Shown piece by piece: positions 12,650-21,736 of a stretch of 64,000 bases of DNA. A model generated the notes under the pieces. The model was not told the DNA's origin. It worked only from the letters and a program-made list of their open reading frames with translations, and did not search any database. The translations under genes were made by a program, and so were the position numbers. This DNA is from an uncultured delta proteobacterium. Its GTDB lineage: Bacteria; Myxococcota; Myxococcia; Myxococcales; Anaeromyxobacteraceae. The stretch's first letter is position 1, and each line of letters starts with the position of its first letter. Where the stretch lies: NCBI GenBank assembly GCA_963845515.1, contig CAWJSR010000019.1, forward strand, positions 1 through 64,000, in the 5' to 3' direction.

Positions 12650-13312
12650 CTAGAAGACGTTGTCGGCCGAGCAGTTGGTGACCTGGCCGTTGCCGACGTT
12701 GCCCGGCTGCAGGGAGCTGGCGCAGTTCTGGATCGTGACGGCAGCGGTGCCCGCCGGCTGCGGGGCGACCGGGGCGGCCACGGCGACGCCGCCGTTGCCA
12801 GCGTTGATGGAGGGCTCGAAGGCCGAGACCAGCGAGAAGATCCCGTCGCCATCGATGTCGGACTGGCCGCTGATCGAGATCGCCGAGCCGAGCGCGCCCA
12901 GGGGAGCGGGACAGGTGGCCACCATGCCGGTGGGGGGCGTCGGCGTGCCGGCGACCGAGGCGGCATAGACGCCGTAGGTCGCGCCCTGCACCTGCCAGTC
13001 GAGCTGGGAGGCGGCGAGCAGATCGTTCGGCTGCCAGATGAGCTTCGACGGATTGGGCGCTGCCGCCGGCGTCTGCGCGAAGGTCGCGTAGAGGCCGGTC
13101 ATCGCGTTGAGGCAGAGCACGCGCTCGGAAGACCTGAGCGACTCCTCCGACTTGTAGATGGCCTCCACGTTGGTCTTCAGCTCGCTGAACTTGGAGCGGA
13201 GCTGGTAGCGGAGGAAGTTGGGGATGGCGATAGCGGCGAGGATGCCGATGATCGCGACGACGATCATGAGCTCGACGAGCGTGAAGCCCTTCGTGCCTCT
13301 CTTCATCTTCAT
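12650..13312 (-). CDS. pilA: Major type IVa pilin, 220 aa prepilin
   Basis: GGAGG RBS; MKMKRGTKG|FTLVELMIVVAIIGILAAIAIPNFLRYQ; DIDGDG loop; four Cys. Confidence 0.95.
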   Translation of the reverse strand: MKMKRGTKGFTLVELMIVVAIIGILAAIAIPNFLRYQLRSKFSELKTNVEAIYKSEESLRSSERVLCLNAMTGLYATFAQTPAAAPNPSKLIWQPNDLLAASQLDWQVQGATYGVYAASVAGTPTPPTGMVATCPAPLGALGSAISISGQSDIDGDGIFSLVSAFEPSINAGNGGVAVAAPVAPQPAGTAAVTIQNCASSLQPGNVGNGQVTNCSADNVF

Positions 13313-13406
13313 GTGACCTCCGGTTTGGACGGCGTGCGGGCGCTGCCTGAAAGGTCCGGGCCCTTCGGTGCGAGCGCCCGGTTCATCATGCTGCGCCTTA
13401 CTAACT

Positions 13407-13423
13407 AGCAGGACCGGTGCCAA
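13407..13423 (-). promoter_or_regulatory. Sigma-54 promoter of pilA
   Basis: Minus strand TTGGCACCGGTCCTGCT, near-consensus TGGCAC-N5-(T/C)TGC, ~95 nt upstream of the pilA ATG. Confidence 0.85.
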
Positions 13424-13499
13424 GTTCGACTTCCACCGCCTGCGAGGCAACCTCCCGTTATGTGGGGTGGGTGCGCAGGTGCCTACCTTCACATGACGT

Positions 13500-13550
13500 T
13501 GACGCTCCCGGTCAGGAGGGTGCGAAGGGGTGACGTTTTTCGTCACCCCT
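13500..13550. promoter_or_regulatory. Tandem palindromic enhancer sites (candidate PilR UAS)
   Basis: TGAC-N7-GTCA at 13500-13514 and 13531-13545; the second extends to the perfect inverted repeat AGGGGTGACG-TTTTT-CGTCACCCCT (13526-13550). Confidence 0.6.
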
Positions 13551-13590
13551 CCTCGGCGAGGGCTTCACGACGTCCCGGATTCCGGGGACT

Positions 13591-13619
13591 TTGACAAGCA
13601 CCGGCCGGGTCCAGATGAT
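13591..13619 (+). promoter_or_regulatory. Sigma-70-type promoter of pilH-pilD-pilS2
   Basis: TTGACA-N17-GATGAT, ending 10 nt before ATG 13630. Confidence 0.55.
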
Positions 13620-13629
13620 GCGCGGCCCG

Positions 13630-14581
13630 ATGATCCTGCGCACCGAGGGGCTCACCAAGATCTTCGACGTCGGCCTCGTCAGGCGCCGCCGCGTCCAGGC
13701 GGTCGAGGACCTCACCCTCACCGTCGAGGAGGGGGAGATCTTCGGCTTCGTCGGGCCGAACGGCGCAGGGAAGACGACCACCATCAAGATGCTGATGGGG
13801 CTCATCCACCCCACGCGCGGGCAAGGCCTTCATCTTCGACGCGCCGATCCCGTCCCGGAGCGTCCAAGGCGCGCATCGGCTACCTCCCCGAGCACCCGGC
13901 CTGGTACGAGTTCCTCACCGGCCGCGAGGCGCTCCGGTTCTTCGCGCAAGCTCGCCGACGTGCCGCGCGCCGAGCGGCGCGCGGCGCTGCGACCGAGCTG
14001 CTCGAGCTGGTCGGGCTCTCCGACGCGGCCGACCGGCAGATCCGGAAGTACTCCAAGGGCATGCAGCAGCGGCTCGGGATCGCGCAGGCGCTGGTCGGCC
14101 GATCCGGCCTTCGTGGTGCTCGACGAGCCGATGAGCGGGCTCGACCCCATCGGGCGCAAGGAGATGCGCGACCTCATCCTCGAGCTGAAGCGGCGCGGGA
14201 AGACGGTCTTCTTCTCGACGCACATCCTCCCCGACGTCGAGACGCTGTGCGACCGTGTGGGCGTGATCCTGGACGGCAGGCTGCGCGACGTGGGACGGCT
14301 CGGCGACCTGCTCTCCGCCGCGGACCCGTAGCATCGAGGTGACGGCGCTCGTGCCGGCGGCGGCGCGCGAGACCGTCGGGCGCGGGACGCTCCTGCGGCA
14401 GGAGGGGGAGCGGCTGACGCTCGTCCTTCGACGAGGAGGGGGCGGCCGACGCCGCCGTCGCCGCGCTGCTCGGGGCCGGCGGGAGCTGGCGGCCTGCACG
14501 CGCCACCGCGAGACGCTCGAGGACTTCTTCATGCGCCGCCTGGAGGAGGAGCGCGGCGCCGGCCGCGCCGAGGCCGGGTGA
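13630..14581 (+). CDS. pilH: ABC transporter ATP-binding protein PilH (frameshifted)
   Basis: Walker A GPNGAGKTT, signature YSKGMQQRLGIAQAL, Walker B VVLDEPMSGLDP, H-loop STH, C-terminal TLEDFF across frames. Confidence 0.8.
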
Positions 14582-15447
14582 GCGGCTCGTCCGGCGCGGC
14601 GATCGAGGCCCTCCTCGCCGCCTGGTGCGTCTTCGCGGGCGCGTCTGTCGGCAGCTTCCTCAACGTCGTCGTCGCGCGCGTCCCCGCCGGCGAGTCGATC
14701 GTCCGGCCCCGGTCGCGCTGCCCGCGGTGCAGGACGCCAGATCGCCTGGTACGACAACGTCCCGGTGCTCTCCTGGCTCGTCCTCCGCGCCCGGTGCCGC
14801 TCCTGTGGCGCCCACATCTCCGCCCGGTACCCGCTCGTCGAGCTGCTCGGGGCGGGCGCCGCGTGGATGGCCTTCTCCCGCCATGGCTTCGCGCTCCCCG
14901 CGCTCCTCGAGTTCGCCTTCGTGGCCGTCCTCGTCGTCATCGCGCTCATCGACCTCGACACCTGGAGCGTCTACCGGGTCATGTCCTTCCCGCTCGTGGC
15001 CCTCGGGCTCGTCGCCAACGCGGTCGGCCTGGGGGCGGCCGGCTCGATCGTCCGATCCGCGGCGGGCGCCGCCATCGCCTTCGTGGCGCTCGGGCTCTTC
15101 GCCGTCGGCGCGACGGCCCTCCTGCGCCGCACCGGCCGGATCGAGCAGGACGAGGAGGCGATGGGGTTCGGCGACGTACACATGCTCACCGCGATCGGCG
15201 CCTGGCTGGGGGCTCCTGCGCTCCTCCCCGTGCTCCTCCTCGCCTCGATCCAGGGGGCGCTCGTCGGGGCGGTCCTCATGGCGATCGGCGGGCGACCCGA
15301 GGGAAGCGAAGGGCGGGGAGCCGCTCCCGGACGGCTTCGTGCCGCCGCGGAACGCGGTCCCCTTCGGGCCGTTCCTGGCGCTCGGCGCGATCGAGTGGCT
15401 CTACTCTCGCCGACCGGCGGGCCAGCCGGTCCTCGCCCTCGGCCTGA
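14578..15447 (+). CDS. pilD: Prepilin peptidase PilD (frameshifted; exact 3' end uncertain)
   Basis: GSFLNVVVARVP, RSRCPRC and RCRSC Zn motifs, YPLVEL, IDLD, MGFGD, PFGPFLA. Confidence 0.9.
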   Translation: MSGSSGAAIEALLAAWCVFAGASVGSFLNVVVARVPAGESIVRPRSRCPRCRTPDRLVRQRPGALLARPPRPVPLLWRPHLRPVPARRAARGGRRVDGLLPPWLRAPRAPRVRLRGRPRRHRAHRPRHLERLPGHVLPARGPRARRQRGRPGGGRLDRPIRGGRRHRLRGARALRRRRDGPPAPHRPDRAGRGGDGVRRRTHAHRDRRLAGGSCAPPRAPPRLDPGGARRGGPHGDRRATRGKRRAGSRSRTASCRRGTRSPSGRSWRSARSSGSTLADRRASRSSPSA

Positions 15448-15460
15448 TTCAGGTGACACC

Positions 15461-16559
15461 ATGCGCGCGCCGCTGCGGCTGCTGATCCTCCTCGACCTGG
15501 CCGCCGTCGGCGCGATCGTGGCGCCGTCCTCCTCGCGGTCGGCGTGCCGCTCGCCGCGCGCGGCGCGCTCGACGGCGCGACGCTGGCCTGGCTGGGCGGC
15601 GGCGGGGCCCTCGGCGAGGCGCTGTCGGTGACGCTCCTCTTCCGCGCCGTGGCCCGGCCGGTCGATCGGATCCTCCTCGCCGCGGCGCGGCTCGGCGCCG
15701 GCGCGGCGGACTCCCCATCCTCCAGCCTCCGGTGAGGTGGCCGGCCACGGGCTCGCGCGCGCCGCCGTGGCGTTCGAGCGGCTCGCGGGAGCGCTCGCCG
15801 ACGAGCGCGCGCGGCTCGCCGGCAAGGTGGAGGAGCTGGAGCGCTCCAACGCCGAGCTGGCCGCGGCGCGCGAGTCGCTGCTCAGCGTCGGAGAAGCTGG
15901 CCACGGTTGGGCGGCTGGCGGCGGGCGTCGCGCACGAGGTGGGCAACCCGCTGGGCGCCATCGGCGGCTACGCGGCCCTCGCCCACACGCGGCTGACGTC
16001 GGCGGGCGGCGATCCCGAGGTCGTCGACTGGCTCGACCGGATCGCGGTCGAGACGCGCCGGATCGACCGGATCGTCCGCGAGCTGCTCGACTTCGCGCGC
16101 CCCACCCGCCCCGCGCTCGCGCCGGTCGCGCTCGACGTCGCGCTCGACGCGGCGCTCCGGCTGGCCCGCCCCCAGCCGCGCTTCCGCGACGTGGAGGTGG
16201 AGCTGGCCATGCCGCCGGGGCTGCCGGCGGTCCTGGCCGACGAGGGGCGGCTCTGCCAGCTCTTCCTGAACCTGCTCCTCAACGCGGGCGACGCAATGGG
16301 CGGGCGGGGGCGGCTCCGGATCGCCAGCGCGTGGAGGGGAGCGGTCGAGGTGGCGTCGCGGACCGCGGTCCGGGGATCCCCGAGGCCGACCTCTCGCGCG
16401 TCTTCGACCCCTTCTTCACGACCAAGCCTCCGGGGGAGGGGACCGGGCTCGGGCTCTCGATCTGCCACGCGATCGTGGAGTCCTTCGGCGGCGAGATCTC
16501 AGCGCGCAATCGCGAGGGGGGCGGCGCGGTCTTCACGCTGCGGTTCCCCGCCGTCGTAG
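15461..16559 (+). CDS. pilS2: Sensor histidine kinase PilS2-like (frameshifted)
   Basis: HAMP-like region; SEKLATVGRLAAGVAHEVGNPL, NLLLNAGDA, FDPFFTTKPPGEGTGLGL; downstream of pilD. Confidence 0.7.
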
Positions 16560-18842
16560 CGGCCGCTGATCGGCGGGCGGCGCGGCGGCGATCCGACCCA
16601 CCCGGATCGTGCTCCCTGCGCGCACGGCGGACTCGGGGACCTCCACGTCGACCGGCGGGCCATCGTTCACCGTGAGCGAATAGCGTGCGTCGGAGGCGAA
16701 GGCGGGGCGGAGGAGGCTGGTGGGAAAGGGCACCGTCATGTCGAACGTGCCGTCAGCCGCGGCGTCCGCGAAGGCCTTCCACACGTGCGGTCTCCCCTGC
16801 TCGCGGAAGGGGAGCGCGGCGACGACGCGCGCGCCGGGGGGCGCGCTCCCCACGATCCTCGCGCCCCGCACGCGCTCGTAGACCCAAAGCGCCGGGAGCT
16901 GGAAGGCCAGCCCCGCGGGCTGCTCGGGCGTGCCGAAGATCGGCATGAGCCGCTCCAGGTGGCCCACCGCTGCGCCGGGGATCGCCGAGCCGCCTATGAG
17001 AAGCGGTGACAGCGCGCGCGACTTCAGCCGCTTCACGTCGAGCACCGCGCCGTTGGGCCCGGGCGCGAAGTTGTCAATGGTCCTTCCGCCAGCAGGGCTG
17101 CAGCTCGCCAGTGAGCGCGCCGGCGACCACGAACTGGAGCCTCCTCCGGGTGAGGTAGGCGTCGAGGGACGGCCCATCCGCCGTGAAGACCTCTTCCGAC
17201 TCGCGGAAGGTCTCCGCGTCGAGGTATGGGCCGAACCCGTTGGTCGGGGTCGCGAGGCCAGACAGGACGTTGATCATGTGACCGTCGCCCCAAGACGTGA
17301 AGGCGCCCTGGTCGCGGCGCCCGCCCGATGCGTCACGAAGCGCGAGCGCCGCGGAGGCCGCCGGCGGGATGCGGCTCCAGTCGGGCGTGAGCGCGCTGCG
17401 GAGCGTGGGGTCGGTCGCGACGAGGACTCCGGTGGCGAGCAGCGGAAAGAGACGCACGGCGATGGGGCTCCCGTCGGCCCGTTTCCGGTGGGCGAGGGCG
17501 GCGAGGAGCGCGGCGAAGTTGATCATGAGGAGCGGCTGCCCTATCCGCTCGAACCGCAGCTGATGCAGGACGAGGAGGACGAAGCCGATCGAGAGCACCA
17601 CGAAGGCGGCGCCGCGCCAGCCAGCGCCGCGGATGACCACCCAGGCTCCGCCGGCCAGGAGCAGCGGCGCCGCGACGCCGACGGCTCCGTAGTTCGAGAA
17701 GAGCGCGAGCGAGAAGACCGGTGCGTTCCAGCCGAAGGGCTGGAACTCGATGACGCTCGCGATCCAGGGATCTCGTCGCAGCAGCCAGCCCTCGAGCCCC
17801 GCGCGGAACTGCTGCCCGACCTGGGGCAGCAGGACAGTCGCCAGCGCCAGCGCCGCCGTCCCGAGCCCCAGGAGCAGGGCCGCGCGCCGTCCGCGGCCGC
17901 GGGCGACGCGGGCGGTCGCGACAATCAACCCCAGCCCCATCGCCGCGCCGGCGACGAGCAGAGGCTGAAGCAGCGATGGGAACTGGTAGGAGACGAGGCG
18001 GCCATGCGCACGGAGCGCAGGGAGGGTGAGGAGGCCCGTCAGGAGCGCCCCCGCGGCGAGCACCGGCGCGCCGAAGCCCACGATGGCAGGGCGCTCCTCC
18101 CGGAGGAGCGCGACGACGAGCATCGCGGCGGCCATGGCCACGTAGAGCACGCCGCCGGAGAAGACCCACAGCGTAAAGGTGCAGGCGAGGGCGCCCCCAA
18201 TCTCCCAGCCAATCCCCACGGTCACGGATTGGCCCGACCGTGGAAGGCGTCGCAGCCCCCAGCCGGCGACGAGCAGGAAGGAGAGGGCAGCTCGGCGATG
18301 TGGTGGTCGAGGAAGCCCACCTGCGACTGGTAGATCGTGGGCGGCGCGAGCGCCGTCAGCAGCCCCGCTGCGAGGACCGCGGCCTCCTTGGCCGGTCCGT
18401 CCGGCACGACGAGCCGGGCGACGTCGATGGCCGCCCATATCGCCAGGAGCGCGAGCAGCGGGGTGAAGACGAGGACGGCCATCCTGGCGCGCGAGGGGTC
18501 CCCGAGCCCCGCGAGGAGTCCCCACGCGGCGGCGAGGAGATCGAAGCCGTCCGTCCACGGACACGGCGCGCCGTCCGGCCAGTTCATCTGGGGATCGAAG
18601 CGGAGCAGGGATGGGAAGTGCTCGATGGCGTGCAGGATCCGCTTCAGGTGGTAGGCCGAGTCCCCGTCCCACTGCATCAGCTCGCCGCGGGCGAAGACGA
18701 GGCGCAGCGTGGCGAGCCGGGGCCAGACCGAGGCGACGAGCACCGCGGCGAACGCCGATCCGCGGAGCCAGGCCATCCTTCGGGCGCTCGCCTGGGTCAC
18801 CCGAAGAGATGGCATGGCGGGCTCGGGAATCGGGTCGGTCAT
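16533..18842 (-). CDS. STT3/AglB/PglB-family oligosaccharyltransferase-like membrane protein, ~770 aa (frameshifts ~18290 and ~17085)
   Basis: DGDSAYHLKRI...FP..LRFDP..NWPDG..CPW; GFLDHHIAE; many TM segments; SVIEFQP (TIXE/SVSE-like); QLRF; TSWGDGHMI..TNGFG at the WWDYG position; soluble C-terminal domain. Confidence 0.75.
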
Positions 18843-18927
18843 GGGACGCGATGATAGCCCCATCTCCCGAGGTTCCGCCGGGAGCCGCCAAAGGGGGGGC
18901 GCGTCGGCGGCGTGCTAGTCTCGGCCC

Positions 18928-20304
18928 GTGGCACTCCGCTCCGTCCTGATCGTCGACGACGAGTCCTCGATGCGCCACCTGCTCTCGGTCATCCTGACCG
19001 AGCGCGGCTACGAGGCGCGCGCCGTCGCGAGCGGCGAGGACGCGCTGCGCGAGCTGGCCGCGCACGACTACGACCTCGTCCTCACGGACGTCCGCATGCC
19101 GGGGATGGGCGGGCTCGCGCTGCTGGCCGGGATCCAGCGCGCGCACCCGGACCTGATGGTGATCGTGATGAGCGCCTACGGCTCGCTCGACGCGGCCGTC
19201 GAGGCGATGAAGGCCGGGGCCTACGACTACCTGTCGAAGCCGTTCCGGCCCGACGAGGTGGTCCTCGTCCTGCGCAAGGCGGAGGAGCGGGAGCGGCTCT
19301 CCCGGGAGAACCGGCGGCTCCGCCGCGAGCTGGCGAGCGGCTTCGGCCTGGAGCACCTGGTCGGGCCTAGCGAGGCGATGCAGGGGGTGCTGAGGCAGGT
19401 CCGGAAGCTCGCCCCCCAGCGGACGACGGTGCTCCTCACCGGGGAGTCGGGGACGGGGAAGGAGCTGGTGGCCCGCGCGCTCCACGAGCTCTCGCCGCGG
19501 GCGTCGCTCCCGTTCGTCGCGGTGAACTGCGGCGCCATCCCCGGCGAGCTGATCGAGTCCGAGCTGTTCGGCCACGCGAAGGGGGCCTTCACCGACGCCG
19601 TCCGGAACAAGAAGGGGCTGGCGACCGAGGCCGACGGCGGGACCCTCTTCCTCGACGAGATCGGGGAGATGCCGCTGCCGATGCAGGTGAAGCTGCTCCG
19701 GTTCCTCCAGGAGGAGGAGGTCCGCCCGGTTGGAGACACGCGGTCGGTGAAGGTGGACGTCCGCGTGGTCGCCGCGTCCGCGCGCGACCTCGCCAGGGCG
19801 GTGGCGGCCGGACAGTTCCGCGAGGACCTCTACTACCGGCTGGACGTGGTCGGCCTGAGGATCCCGCCGCTGCGCGAGCGGCCGGAGGACGTCGAGCCGC
19901 TGGCACGCCACTTCCTCTCCCGCTTCGCCGGGCTCCGCCCCGATCTGCCGCAGCTCGAGCTCTCCGACTCGGCGCGGGATGCCCTCGGTGCCTACCGGTG
20001 GCCGGGGAACGTCCGCGAGCTCCGCCACGCGCTCGAGCGGGCGGTGGTGCTGGCGGACGGTCCGCTGATCGGGGAGGAGGACCTCCCGGACGCGGTCCGC
20101 GCCCCCCGATCACAGGGCGCCAGGGGCGGGGTCCCGGAGGGCTCGCTGTCGGTCAAGCGCGCGACCCGGGAGCTGGAGGAGCGGCTGATCCGTGCGGCGC
20201 TGGAGCGGACCGGCGGGAACCGGACGCGGGCGGCCGAGCTCCTCGACCTCTCCTACCGGGCGCTCCTCTACAAGATCAAGGAGTATGGCCTCAGCGACGC
20301 ATAA
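18928..20304 (+). CDS. pilR2: Sigma-54-dependent response regulator PilR2-like
   Basis: Intact Rec-AAA-HTH, 458 aa; [22 protein letters not shown]; upstream of pilMNOPQ. Confidence 0.75.
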   Translation: MALRSVLIVDDESSMRHLLSVILTERGYEARAVASGEDALRELAAHDYDLVLTDVRMPGMGGLALLAGIQRAHPDLMVIVMSAYGSLDAAVEAMKAGAYDYLSKPFRPDEVVLVLRKAEERERLSRENRRLRRELASGFGLEHLVGPSEAMQGVLRQVRKLAPQRTTVLLTGESGTGKELVARALHELSPRASLPFVAVNCGAIPGELIESELFGHAKGAFTDAVRNKKGLATEADGGTLFLDEIGEMPLPMQVKLLRFLQEEEVRPVGDTRSVKVDVRVVAASARDLARAVAAGQFREDLYYRLDVVGLRIPPLRERPEDVEPLARHFLSRFAGLRPDLPQLELSDSARDALGAYRWPGNVRELRHALERAVVLADGPLIGEEDLPDAVRAPRSQGARGGVPEGSLSVKRATRELEERLIRAALERTGGNRTRAAELLDLSYRALLYKIKEYGLSDA

Positions 20305-20415
20305 CTAGGCATCACAGACGCGTCCCTTTCGGCCTGCCTACATCAACGGACGATATCGGCGCACGGCCGGTTTCTTGATCGGGTGCGGATCGATGGCTTA
20401 GCGTGGCGATCGACC

Positions 20416-20673
20416 ATGTCCGCTCGACCCCCCAGCCGGCCTCCCGTGTCCGCTCAGGAACGCCGGCAGAGCAACAACGTTCAGCGGCTCCGCGAGGAGC
20501 AGCTACTGACCAAGGCCGAGCTGGCGCGCAAGGCCGGCGTCTCGCCGCTCACGGTCTCGCGCATCGAGGCGGGGCTGGAGTGCCGCGTCGACACCAAGCG
20601 CAAGATCATCTACGCGCTGGGCCTCACGCCGACCGACCGGGCGAAGGTCTTCGGCGGAAGGCGGAGAGGCTAG
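20416..20673 (+). CDS. Small XRE-family HTH protein (85 aa)
   Basis: NNVQRLREEQLLTKAELARKAGVSPLTVSRIEAG HTH_3 pattern; stop 2 nt before the pilM ATG. Confidence 0.75.
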   Translation: MSARPPSRPPVSAQERRQSNNVQRLREEQLLTKAELARKAGVSPLTVSRIEAGLECRVDTKRKIIYALGLTPTDRAKVFGGRRRG

Positions 20674-20675
20674 CC

Positions 20676-21734
20676 ATGGCGAAGAGCAAGCTCGCCGTGG
20701 GCCTGGACATCGGCTCTTCGAGCGTGAAGCTGGTGCAGCTCAAGGAGAAGAAGGGCGGCTTCCAGCTGCTGGCCTTCGGCGCGGCGCCGCTGCCCCCCGA
20801 GGCGATCGTCGACGGCGCGCTGATGAACTCCTCGGCCATCGTCCAGGCGATCCAGGACCTGGTGGCGCAGTACAAGGTGAAGGGCAAGGAGGTCGCGATC
20901 GGCGTCCGCGGCCACTCGGTCATCATCAAGAAGATCCAGCTCCCCAAGGTGACGCAGGAGGAGCTCGACGAGTCGATCCAGTGGGAGGCGGAGCAGTACA
21001 TCCCCTTCGACGTGAAGGACGTGAACATCGACACGCAGATCCTGACGCCGGAGGGTGACGCCGCCGGCCAGATGGACGTGCTCCTGGTGGCCGCCAAGAA
21101 GGACATGATCAACGACTACACGTCGGTCTGCGCCGAGGCGGGGCTCAGCGCCACCGTGGTCGACGTGGACGCCTTCGCGGTCCAGAACGCCTTCGAGGCC
21201 AACTACGAGGTGCCGCCGGAGGAGTCGATCGTCCTCGTCAACGTCGGCGCGGCGGTCACCAACATCAACATCCTCTCCCACGGGACCACGGCCTTCACCC
21301 GCGACATCACGATGGGCGGGAACGCCTTCACCGAGGAGATCCAGAAGCAGCTCAACATCTCCTACGACGAGGCCGAGGCGCTCAAGGTGGGCGGGCAGGG
21401 CGAGACCGACGCGGTGGTGCCGCAGGAGGTCGAGCGCGTCATCCAGGGCGTCGCCGACCAGCTCGCCGGCGAGATCCAGCGCTCGGTCGACTTCTTCTCG
21501 AGCACCGCCGCGGACAGCCGGGTCTCGAGAGTCTTCCTCTCGGGCGGGACCGCGCGGATCCCGGCCATCTTCAAGGCGATCGAGGGGCGGTCCGGCGTTC
21601 CGGTCGAGATCCTCAACCCCTTCAAGAACATCGAGATCGATCCGGGCAAGTTCGACGCCGCCGCGATCCTGGCCTCCGCGCCGTCGGCGGCCGTCGCCGT
21701 CGGGCTCGCGCTCCGCCGGCCGGGGGACAAGTAG
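20676..21734 (+). CDS. pilM: Type IV pilus assembly protein PilM
   Basis: VGLDIGSSSVK, EAEQYIPF, LSGG, AVAVGLALR actin-like motifs. Confidence 0.95.
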   Translation: MAKSKLAVGLDIGSSSVKLVQLKEKKGGFQLLAFGAAPLPPEAIVDGALMNSSAIVQAIQDLVAQYKVKGKEVAIGVRGHSVIIKKIQLPKVTQEELDESIQWEAEQYIPFDVKDVNIDTQILTPEGDAAGQMDVLLVAAKKDMINDYTSVCAEAGLSATVVDVDAFAVQNAFEANYEVPPEESIVLVNVGAAVTNINILSHGTTAFTRDITMGGNAFTEEIQKQLNISYDEAEALKVGGQGETDAVVPQEVERVIQGVADQLAGEIQRSVDFFSSTAADSRVSRVFLSGGTARIPAIFKAIEGRSGVPVEILNPFKNIEIDPGKFDAAAILASAPSAAVAVGLALRRPGDK

Positions 21735-21736
21735 CC

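Noticed and set aside
12650..13312. PilA as a conductive e-pilin
   Set aside because: Long pilin (211 aa mature) with about 14 aromatic residues (~7%) and large aromatic-free gaps, below the usual e-pilin criteria.
13526..13550. Inverted repeat as terminator, CRISPR repeat or IS end
   Set aside because: Single copy, T-run is in the loop rather than after the stem, lies between divergent genes, and no cas or transposase is present.
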